The position numbers were made by a program, and so were the translations under genes. 64,000 nt of DNA from Acidobacteriota bacterium (GTDB lineage: Bacteria > Acidobacteriota > UBA890 > WLXD01), in the NCBI GenBank assembly GCA_963666055.2, contig CAXWPH010000014.1:288001-352000 (forward strand), given 5' to 3'. Below the pieces are notes generated by a model. The model saw only the letters and a list, made by a program, of their open reading frames with translations. It was not told the DNA's origin and ran no database searches. Position 1 is the stretch's first letter. Each line of letters opens with the position of its first letter. Shown here one piece after another: positions 1-8,297 of the stretch.

Positions 1-117
1 GCCAGCTCGTCGACAGCAACCTCGCGTCCACACGACGATCGCCAGGCCGACCTTCCCGAGGCCAGCTAGCGGCGCGCCCGGTGCCCGGGCCTCGACGGTG
101 GCAAGCTTCGGGATAAC

Positions 118-560
118 ATGTGCGGCCGATACGCGAACTTCTCATGCGGCCAATGCTACGAGAGGACATCCTTGACACGAGCGATAACAAGACAATCGGC
201 AGCATTGCTGGGGCTAATCGTTCTGCTCCCGTATCTCGCTGGGTGCTACAACACGCAGGTGCTCCGAGTTGCGCCACCCCCTGCCGAGGAATCTCCACTC
301 GGCAACGTGGTGGGGGTCACCACGATCGACAACCAGGAGGTGCCCTTCGCGCGATCTGGCGAGGTTCGCGATGAGACCGTGTACGGCACGATCGAGACCC
401 GCTCCGCCACGGGGACGGTCCTGACGCCCTATGAGATCGCAGTGTCACAGGTGGCGCGTTTGTGGCTGGAAGAAAGGGAGCTCGAATGGGCCGCCTGTTT
501 ACGGGCGTCGCTGTAATAGCCGGAGCGATCCTTGCAGTCTTGATCGATCCTGCCGACTGA
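118..560 (+). pseudogene. Hypothetical lipoprotein, frameshifted near 487-490
   Basis: Lipobox LLPYLAGC. A hydrophobic tail GRLFTGVAVIAGAILAVLID continues in the -1 frame after a GGG run, stop at 558-560. Start uncertain; may be a sequencing error. Confidence 0.5.
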
Positions 561-880
561 ACCCCGTGCGGCGCTTGTCGGGAGCGTCGTCGAGTTGCAG
601 CTAGCAGCGACCACCCGATATGGGGCTGCGCAACCGTCGACTGGTCGGATGCCATGGATCGCCCCAGCGTTCCGCCCGGGGCGCGCGCCATCATGGGCAA
701 CATCAACTCCGCCGGGGTCGGCGCCAGTCCGGCTACGCTAGCTCTCTACGCGGTAGACAGTGCGACCCCAGAGGCTCTGAACAGGTCGGCGGTTGCCCAT
801 GGGGTTATTGCCGGGGGCTTTATCGAGACTCAATACAACCCCCGAATACACAATACTTTCGGGGTAGGCACCCTGCTACC

Positions 881-931
881 GGGTGCGTAAAACGCACCCT
901 ATACGCACCCTGGGAATCACGCTGGGTGCGG
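881..931 (+). repeat. 51-bp GGGTGCG/CGCACCC motif, inverted copy at 56106-56156
   Basis: 44/51 identical to the reverse complement of 56106-56156. Confidence 0.9.
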
Positions 932-992
932 CTACTGGAGCCCGCCGCATGACGGCCCTCAACGTGGCCACGCGGCGAGTAAGCTGCCGCGC

Positions 993-1199
993 ATGAAGCT
1001 CACACCCGAAACCCAGATCGTCCACCTCAAGGGCATCTGGATCTCTACGTCGCTCGCCCTGCGGCAATGCAACATCCGCACGCTGCAGGACCTGCCGCTA
1101 ATCAACCTCGCTACCACACCGTCGGAGATCCACGAGCAGCAGTTGGCGATTCTGCTAGAGGCTGCTGAGGTGGCTGGGGTTGAGCACCGGGAGACGTAG
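993..1199 (+). CDS. Small hypothetical protein, possibly leaderless
   Basis: 68-aa ORF; TAAGCT -10-like box 7 nt before the ATG. Confidence 0.5.
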   Translation: MKLTPETQIVHLKGIWISTSLALRQCNIRTLQDLPLINLATTPSEIHEQQLAILLEAAEVAGVEHRET

Positions 1200-1311
1200 C
1201 GCGGCAGCGCCGCCAGTGCTCGCGAGGCTCCCCTGAGCGCGCGCTACGGGTCCGTCGGCACGAGCCGCTTCAGCTCGTCGAACCGTGTGAGGACGACATG
1301 CATCCGATGAC

Positions 1312-1674
1312 TCAGAAGTTCATGAGCTTGTCGCTCTCTGCCGCAAGCTCAGCGTAGCGCTTCGGATCGATGAACTCGGCGTTCTTTCCCTCAAGATCGG
1401 CCTCGAAGACCTCACGGGCCTTCGCGCAACCCCCTCAGACGTAGATCGGCACACCGTTATCGACGGCAAACTGGAATAGCTCCTTGAGCGGCGGCATGCC
1501 GACGCCAACGAGGCTCTCCCGCAGCCCGTCCTTGAGGATCACCGGACTGTCAACGGCCAACACGATACCGACATCGTGCCCGGCTTCTTTGGCCCCTTTG
1601 GCGATGTGGAAGGGCAAGCTTGCACGGGTAGGATCATCGGCCCCGTGAGTACCCGTGATCAGGAACTTTGCCAT
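1312..1674 (-). CDS. DsrE-family protein, probable selenoprotein (UGGC = UxxC)
   Basis: DsrE N-terminus THGADDPTRA with RBS. In-frame TGA at 1435-1437 is followed by GGCAKAREV...DKLMNF-stop; SECIS-like hairpin downstream. Confidence 0.8.
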
Positions 1675-1705
1675 AAGACACCTCCCCCTCTTCTGCCCCT
1701 ACGTA

Positions 1706-1790
1706 CTAGGGCAACACCTCAAGCTGCTGGAGTAACGAGAGCATATCGAAGTAGCGACCGGCTTGGCTGCCGGCGATGTGCCCGTCAGAG
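1706..1790 (-). pseudogene. C-terminal remnant of a SnoaL/ester-cyclase-like protein
   Basis: Tail DGHIAG...RYFDMLSLLQQLEVLP. Confidence 0.4.
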
Positions 1791-1884
1791 ACAGGCGCGG
1801 GTGGTGAGTCCTGGCCGCTGCCCCCGGCGAAATCGAGGATCTCATGCGGATCGACTTCGTTGCGAAGCTGAGGGAAATCGGGTG

Positions 1885-2075
1885 CTAGTGCAGCGTGGTG
1901 CTCATGGCGTACCGCCCCTCCTGGAACTCGCCGCACAGCGTGGTCACCAGCGGGTGGCTGATCGGCTGACCGCCGTCGTCCGGCTCGAGGTTTCGCTCGG
2001 CCACGTAGGTCGTGTGGTCAGCTCCGTCGACGAGCACGTGATACCACGGGCTGTCTTTCGGCGATCCGCCCGCGC
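1885..2075 (-). pseudogene. hspQ: HspQ/YccV C-terminal half, 5'-truncated
   Basis: PKDSPWYHVLVDGADHTTYVAERNLEPD...HPLV motif; no N-terminal half. Confidence 0.7.
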
Positions 2076-2084
2076 CGGAGGCCC

Positions 2085-3471
2085 CTATCTCGGCGTCGCC
2101 ACGTCTCCCGCCACCGGCTCCAGCCTCACGATCCTCGTCATCGGCTTTCCTTCGGGGCCCCTCGAGCGCCAGGTAGATGAAGCCGTCTGGACCCTGCCGC
2201 ACGTCCCGGATGCGCCCCAGAACACCTTCGAGCAGAGTCTCCTCGCTCACCGCCCTGTGCCCGTCGAACGAGATCCGGGCAAGCTGCTGACCCAACAGCC
2301 CGCCTACGAACACGCTGCCCTTCCACCACGGAAACTGCTCGCCCGAGTAGATCATCAAGCCCGACGCGCCGATGGACGGGATCCAGGCGAACCGTGGCGA
2401 CTCCATCCCCCGCCGTTGCGTTTCTGTCGTGAAGACCGTCCCGTCGTAGTGGATCCCGTGGGAAACCACCGGCCAGCCGTAGTTTTCCCCGCCGACGATG
2501 AGGTTCAGCTCGTCGCCTCCCCTGGGACCGTGCTCGTTCGACCAGACCTCCCCGGTCACCGGGTGGACGGCGAGCCCTTGCTGGTTCCGGTGCCCGTAGC
2601 TCCAAATCTCGGGGAGGACGTCGGCGCGCCCGACGAAGGGGTTGTCGGCGGGAACGCTGCCGTCCTCGTGAAGGCGGATGATCGTTCCCATGTGGTTCGT
2701 CAGGTCTTGTGCTGGATGGCCCGCCATGAAGTCGGGGGAGACCATCCGGTCGCCCACAGCGACGAACAGGTAACCGTCCGGGTCGAAGACCATTCGGCCT
2801 GCGAAGTGGTTGTTGTTGTCGCCCCAGGCGCTTGACTCGAAGATCTCCTCGACGTCGACCACGCGATACCCTTCCAGATCACCCGCCACCGGACCAGGCT
2901 CCAGGCGCCCCCGCACGACGGTGGTCGTCCCGCGGGAGCCGTCGGCGTTCGGCTTGCCGTAGCTTAGATAGAGTAGACGGTTCGTGGTGAAGTCCGGATG
3001 GGGAGCCACATCCATGAACCCTCCCTGTCCCCGCTGCCGATACACCTGGGGAAGCCCGGCGACCGGGTCGGGCTCGAGCACCCCGTCCCGGACGATCCTC
3101 AGGCGGCCGGGTCGCTCCGTCACGAGCATCTCGCCGCTCGGCAGCCAGGTCATGGACCACGGTTGGTCCAGCGCCTCCACGACGGTCACAACGCGGAAAT
3201 TGTGGCGCGCTGACTCGCGTATCTCGGGCGACTGCTTCTTTCCCGTCTGGCAGGTGATGGAGATGTCTCCCCAATCCACGGGAGGAACTAGGTCGTTTGC
3301 TGCCGTGTAGCCGTAGGTCCCCGAGACCCTGGCGTAGCCAGGGACTATCGCGGCGTCGGATACGATCGCCAGCGCCAGAATTACCAGCACGGAGGGTGCC
3401 GCGCCTGATCTCTTCACATCGCCTCCCAGCAAGTGTTCGGGTTTCCATGGAGCGCGATCAGACGCACCCAC
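2085..3471 (-). CDS. PQQ-dependent sugar dehydrogenase (GSDH/YliI family); +1 frameshift near the 3' end
   Basis: LVTERPGRL, GQGGFMDV, YGHRNQQG, EHGPRGGDELN, RIRDVRQGPDG. Native end PMTRIVRLEPV...TAG (2085) lies in another frame after a C run at ~2155. Start uncertain. Confidence 0.85.
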
Positions 3472-3481
3472 TACCTCATCG

Positions 3482-5038
3482 TCAGATGGTGGCAGGCGGC
3501 AGATGGAGTCGCCACCAGTCGGCCGCTCGACGGGCGGTCCATCGCGGCTCAGGGCAGCTGGCTACCAGAGCTTCCGCCAGCTCCGCGGCGCTCGGATAGC
3601 GGGCGCCCGGATCCTTCTCGAGGCACCTGAGAATGACGCGCTCGAGCCCGGCAGGAATCTCCGTCTCGACCCTTTCGGAGGGTGGCACCGGCGAGGTCTT
3701 GACGTGATCCAGCAGCACGCCGAGCGGCGGGCCGTCGAACACCGGCGTTCCGGTCAACAAGTAGTAGCCGACACAGCCCAAAGCGTAGATATCGGCGCGG
3801 TGGTCTGGCTCGACGCCGTTGAGCACCAGTTCCGGAGCCATATACCCAGGGGTCCCATTGATCTCCCCCTCGAGCGTGAGCTCAGTCGGTTCATCGGCGC
3901 CAAGTGCCGGCAGCGTCCCGCCCGTCACGAGACCGAAATCGAGCACCTTGACGAAGTCGTGGGCCATTCCGAGCCGGCAGGCAAAGATGTTGGCGGGCTT
4001 GATATCTCGATGCGTCATGCCCTGGTCGTGCGCGTCGGCCAACGACTCGCAGGCCTGCTCGAGGAGGTAGACGACGCGCTCAGCAGCAACAGGTCCGTGC
4101 TGCTTGACCAGGCTACTCAGGTCGACGCCGTCGAGATACTCCATCGCATAGTAGAACGTGCCATCGCCGGCGACGCCGAAGTCGTATACCTCGACCGTGT
4201 GGATCGAGCGCAGACGAGCCGTGGCCTGGGCCTCGCGCTCGAAGCGGCGCAATACCAGGGCCGCCTTTGCAGGGCTGTTCTTGTCGACCGCGTCACCACG
4301 AATCAGCTTGATCGCCGCCGGCCGTGCCAGCAGGTTGTGCTCGCCCAGCCAGACCTCGCCCATGCCGCCCTGGCCGATTCTACGCTTCAGCACATACCTG
4401 AGAGTGATCCGGGTGGTACGGGCGAGCGCCAGGTACTGGTCAATCACGTAGGCAGCCAGGATGGCTAGCACCGCGGCAGTTGCCAATACGATCACCGACT
4501 CTGCAACTCGGCCTGGCACAGCGACGTCGCGCAGCCCCGTCGCGCGTTGCGGGCTCGATAGCCACAGGAGCGTCACCAACGCAGCCGGGGTCAACGCCAG
4601 GGCGCCAATGACGCGAGCGGCACGGGACCAGGAGTTGGGTACCGCGGTCCCATACGTGACCATGAGCAACACGAACTGCACGAGGGCGAGGTTCCATCGG
4701 GACACCAGCCCTTGAGCGTCGCCAACGGCCAGCAGTTGATCGAACGCTGCGTAGGCCGTCCAAGCCAGGTACGAGGTCAGCGTGGCGAACACGGCGCGCT
4801 CAATCCAGCGAAGTTCGTCAACGGTGGGATCGTCCCGGACGAAAAGTACGGCGACGGCGCCAGCAAGAACGAGCACTACGAGAAAGAGCCCTGCGGCGCC
4901 GCGCGTCGAGCCCGTCGTCAGGCTCCAGAGCAAGAAACCCGACGCGCCCGCCAGCATCAGCCCGGTCACGGCGCCCAAGAGCATACGCAGCGGCACCACG
5001 TTGGCCAGTTCCTTCGCCTCGTCGCCCAGACCGGGCAA
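3482..5038 (-). CDS. Membrane-anchored Ser/Thr protein kinase
   Basis: N-terminal TM helices; GQGGMGEV, HRDIKPAN, DFG, GTPGYMAPE. Start uncertain. Confidence 0.9.
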   Translation of the reverse strand: MPGLGDEAKELANVVPLRMLLGAVTGLMLAGASGFLLWSLTTGSTRGAAGLFLVVLVLAGAVAVLFVRDDPTVDELRWIERAVFATLTSYLAWTAYAAFDQLLAVGDAQGLVSRWNLALVQFVLLMVTYGTAVPNSWSRAARVIGALALTPAALVTLLWLSSPQRATGLRDVAVPGRVAESVIVLATAAVLAILAAYVIDQYLALARTTRITLRYVLKRRIGQGGMGEVWLGEHNLLARPAAIKLIRGDAVDKNSPAKAALVLRRFEREAQATARLRSIHTVEVYDFGVAGDGTFYYAMEYLDGVDLSSLVKQHGPVAAERVVYLLEQACESLADAHDQGMTHRDIKPANIFACRLGMAHDFVKVLDFGLVTGGTLPALGADEPTELTLEGEINGTPGYMAPELVLNGVEPDHRADIYALGCVGYYLLTGTPVFDGPPLGVLLDHVKTSPVPPSERVETEIPAGLERVILRCLEKDPGARYPSAAELAEALVASCPEPRWTARRAADWWRLHLPPATI

Positions 5039-5314
5039 CAGTCCCGTCTCGGGTCAGAACCAGCACCTAGCATCGGCCGCGTCCGCGTCGAACGGATCGC
5101 TGTCGCCGAGCGCAGGAGACGCTATCGGACCGGTGATGCCTTCATTCCGGGCGTCGCTCATGCGCGCAAGAGTGTCACCGCTGTCGGCAGGGCGAAAGCG
5201 GCCCGGGTCACCGCCGTTTCTTCTGCCAAGAGCCGCTGCGCTCAGGTGTCTCCTGCTATGGTTATCGAACTCTGCTCTGGCCAACACTGAAGATCGACTG
5301 GGGAGGGGCATCAA

Positions 5315-7303
5315 GTGGCACGCTTCGGGCAATTCTTCGCTATTTGCCTCTTGGTGAGCCTTGTTGCCGGGGCACTGCCGGCAGCAACAAGGCTGTTGGA
5401 ACGACCTCAGCAAGACGAATGGCGCTACTTCGGCGGCGACAAGGGTTTCACTCGCTACTCCCCGCTCGATCAAATCCACCGTGAAAACGTCAACGATTTG
5501 CGGATCGTCTGGCGTCGCCCTGCAGTGCGCGACGAACTTACCGAGGCGTTTCCTGATCTGTACCCCGATGCCTACCTGAGGGCGACGCCGATCATGATCG
5601 ACGGCGTGCTCTACACCCAAGATGCCCACGGTTTGGTGATCGCCCTCGATGGCGAGACCGGCGAGACCGGCGAGACCGGCGAGACATTGTGGCAACAGGA
5701 GCTCGTCGTGTCGACACTGGAAGAGGCCGACGCGTCGAGCACTCGTGGTGTTGATCACTGGAGCAGTGGCACCGGCGACGAGCGCATCCTCGCCATCCGC
5801 GGCGAGTATCTCTATTCGCTCAATACCAGGACCGGCGAGCCTTACGCTGGTTTTGGCGATGACGGCAGGGTCAGCCTGCGGTTCCATGAGCGTCAGCCCT
5901 TGGCCCGTGCATTCAGCGACAGCACGGGTCCTCTCGTCGTTGGCGACGTCGTTGTCGTCACCGGGATCACGGGCGGAGCCGGCGATGGCGGCAACAAGAA
6001 GGAATCGGCGCCCGAGGACGTGCGTGGCTTCGACGCCGAGACGGGCCGGTTGCTGTGGACGTTCCATCCGGTGCCGCAGGAAGGCGAGTTTGGCACCGAC
6101 ACCTGGGGCGACGATTCTTGGAAGGTAGCGGGCGATCTCGGCGCTTGGGCTCTGATGACAGCGGACGAAGAGCTCGGCTATATCTACATCGCGCTGTCAG
6201 CGCCGACGTCTGCCTGGTATGGCGGCTGGCGACCCGGTGACAACCTGTTCTCCAATACCTTGGTCGCTCTGAATGTGAAGACCGGCGAGCGCGTCTGGCA
6301 CTTCCAGATGATTCACCACGACCTCTGGGAATACGACAACATCGGCCCCGCGATACTCGGCGACATCACGGTCGACGGCAGGCGCATCAAGGCGGTGATG
6401 CAGCCGAACAAGAATGCGTTTCTATTCGTCCTCGACCGTACCAACGGCGAGCCGGTATGGCCGATCGAGGAGCGACCGGTACCTCGGTCAACCGTGCCCG
6501 GCGAGGAGTCCTCGCCGACGCAGCCGTTTCCGACCAAGCCGCCGCCCTTCGACCAACAGGGCATGACCGACAACGACTTGATCGACTACACACCGGAGCT
6601 CAAGCAACGGGCACGCGAGCTCGTCAAGGACTATCAACTCGGTCCGCTCTATACGCCACCGTCGGTGCCGAGCGATGAACCGGGTGGAACGAAGGGGACG
6701 ATCGTATATCCGGGAGCGTGGGGCAACGGGAACTGGAACACCGGAGCCTTTGATCCCGAAACAGCGATCTACTACGCGGTCTCAAACACCTCGTATGGTC
6801 CGACAAACCGCGCTGTGGTCAAACAAACCGACCCGGAAGCGACGATGGAATATGCCTACGTCCCCAGCGCCCGACTCGAGCTCGACGGGCTCTTCTTCAA
6901 CAAGGGGCCGTACGGCCGGATCACAGCCCTCGATCTGAACCGCGGCGAGCAGCTGTGGATGACCGCCAACGGCGATGGGCCGCGCAACCATCCGCTGCTG
7001 AAGGACCTGAACCTGCCGCCGCTGGGGAGTCCCAACCGTCCCGCTCCACTTGTCACCAAGACCCTGTTGTTCCTCGGCGAAGGCAGCAACGCGGTGAGCG
7101 GAACGCTGAACGAGGACTGGGCATGGGGCAAGAAATTCCGCGCCTATGACAAGGCGACGGGCGAGGTGATTTGGGAGACAGAGTTGCCGTCCGGAACCAC
7201 CGCCGGCCCGATGACCTACATGCTCGACGGCAAGCAGTACATCGTGGTGTCAATTGGGGCGCAGGATCACCCGCCGGAGTACGTCGCACTGGCGCTTCCC
7301 TAG
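5315..7303 (+). CDS. PQQ-dependent quinoprotein glucose dehydrogenase-like protein
   Basis: Signal peptide; RYSPLDQI, WHFQMIHHDLWEYD, PTQPFPTKPPPF, PMTYMLDGKQYIV. Confidence 0.9.
   Translation: MARFGQFFAICLLVSLVAGALPAATRLLERPQQDEWRYFGGDKGFTRYSPLDQIHRENVNDLRIVWRRPAVRDELTEAFPDLYPDAYLRATPIMIDGVLYTQDAHGLVIALDGETGETGETGETLWQQELVVSTLEEADASSTRGVDHWSSGTGDERILAIRGEYLYSLNTRTGEPYAGFGDDGRVSLRFHERQPLARAFSDSTGPLVVGDVVVVTGITGGAGDGGNKKESAPEDVRGFDAETGRLLWTFHPVPQEGEFGTDTWGDDSWKVAGDLGAWALMTADEELGYIYIALSAPTSAWYGGWRPGDNLFSNTLVALNVKTGERVWHFQMIHHDLWEYDNIGPAILGDITVDGRRIKAVMQPNKNAFLFVLDRTNGEPVWPIEERPVPRSTVPGEESSPTQPFPTKPPPFDQQGMTDNDLIDYTPELKQRARELVKDYQLGPLYTPPSVPSDEPGGTKGTIVYPGAWGNGNWNTGAFDPETAIYYAVSNTSYGPTNRAVVKQTDPEATMEYAYVPSARLELDGLFFNKGPYGRITALDLNRGEQLWMTANGDGPRNHPLLKDLNLPPLGSPNRPAPLVTKTLLFLGEGSNAVSGTLNEDWAWGKKFRAYDKATGEVIWETELPSGTTAGPMTYMLDGKQYIVVSIGAQDHPPEYVALALP
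5651..5686 (+). repeat. 9-bp tandem repeat x4 (GGCGAGACC; GET)
   Basis: Seen directly; in-frame DGETGETGETGETLW. Confidence 0.9.
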
Positions 7304-7489
7304 AGCAATCGCTGGTCAGCAGCCAGATACGCTCCGGTATCCCCGAATAGCTGCTCGGCGATCTGGGGCCGTGAAGCCCGACGTCAGAGCGGGCGAGGAT
7401 CGGTGTGACAAATCGGCTACGCTACGCTACGCCGGCTCCAACAACCTCTTGTCAGCACCGACCTAATGAGTTACGAAGTGGCCCACTAG

Positions 7490-7760
7490 CAGGCCGTGGT
7501 GAAAGTGTGGTGGGTCTGGCGACAGGGTCTTGCGAAGTGGAGGCAAGGAGAGAGGAGGAGGCGATGGTTACCCCATCGTTGACGAGGAACGACCTAGCAT
7601 ACGTGCGCAACCCCCTGTCGCCCGAAGGGTTACGGCGATTTGGGGCCATCTGCAGCGTTGGCCTTCCTCGACGATGGCTAGGGCATCGCCTGTGTCAGGC
7701 CGCCTTGCATCTGGCCCCAACTCGCCGTAACCAGACCCACCACACTTTCACCACGGCCTG
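7490..7760 (+). mobile_element. 271-bp MITE, copy 1
   Basis: Perfect 30-bp TIR CAGGCCGTGGTGAAAGTGTGGTGGGTCTGG; CTAG on both sides (7486-7489, 7761-7764); no transposase. Confidence 0.92.
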
Positions 7761-7784
7761 CTAGGGAGTGGCGGAGGAGCATGG

Positions 7785-8297
7785 ATGATGAGCAGCGTTA
7801 CATTGCATGTGAACGGCGCTACGCACACGGTTGACATCGACCCGTCGGCTCGGCTGCTCTATGTCTTGCGAAATGATCTCGGCTTGCGGGGGCCGCGGTT
7901 CGGGTGTGGACTCGGCCAGTGCGGGGCGTGCACGGTGATCATCGACGGCGTCGCGACTCGGTCGTGTGTGACGCGCGCGTCGCGGGTCAGCGGCGAGATC
8001 ACGACGCTCGAAGGCCTCGCCAAGAACGGCACGCTGGATCCGGTGCAGCAAGCCTGGATCGACGAGCAGGTTCCGCAGTGCGGCTTCTGCCAGAACGGGC
8101 AGATCATGACCGCCAAGGCACTGCTGGACCGAAATCCGAATCCGACGGATGCCGAGATTCGCCAGGGCATGGCCCGAGCGCTGTGCCGGTGCATGACCTA
8201 CTACCGGGTCCAAGCGGCGATCAAGCGCGTGGCGCGAGGGGCCTATGCCAGCGCGCCGGGCAGCGAACAGGGCATTGCGACGGAGATGGTCGAATGA
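7785..8297 (+). CDS. (2Fe-2S) subunit, IorA/CoxS-like
   Basis: GCGLGQCGACTV, QCGFCQNG, CRC motifs. Confidence 0.93.
   Translation: MMSSVTLHVNGATHTVDIDPSARLLYVLRNDLGLRGPRFGCGLGQCGACTVIIDGVATRSCVTRASRVSGEITTLEGLAKNGTLDPVQQAWIDEQVPQCGFCQNGQIMTAKALLDRNPNPTDAEIRQGMARALCRCMTYYRVQAAIKRVARGAYASAPGSEQGIATEMVE

Noticed and set aside
1885-3471. Apparent novel GSDH-HspQ fusion protein (528 aa)
   Set aside because: An extra C in a homopolymer at ~2155 bypasses the native GSDH end (TRIVRLEPV...TAG 2085); the HspQ part is a separate truncated gene.
5054-5056. In-frame TGA upstream of the membrane kinase as a second Sec codon
   Set aside because: No redox motif, no expected Cys homolog and no clear SECIS; more likely a nonsense change or non-coding sequence.
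7563-7764. 66-aa ORF with strong RBS inside the MITE
   Set aside because: Copy 2 has a stop after 12 codons and copy 3 is truncated, so coding is not conserved.
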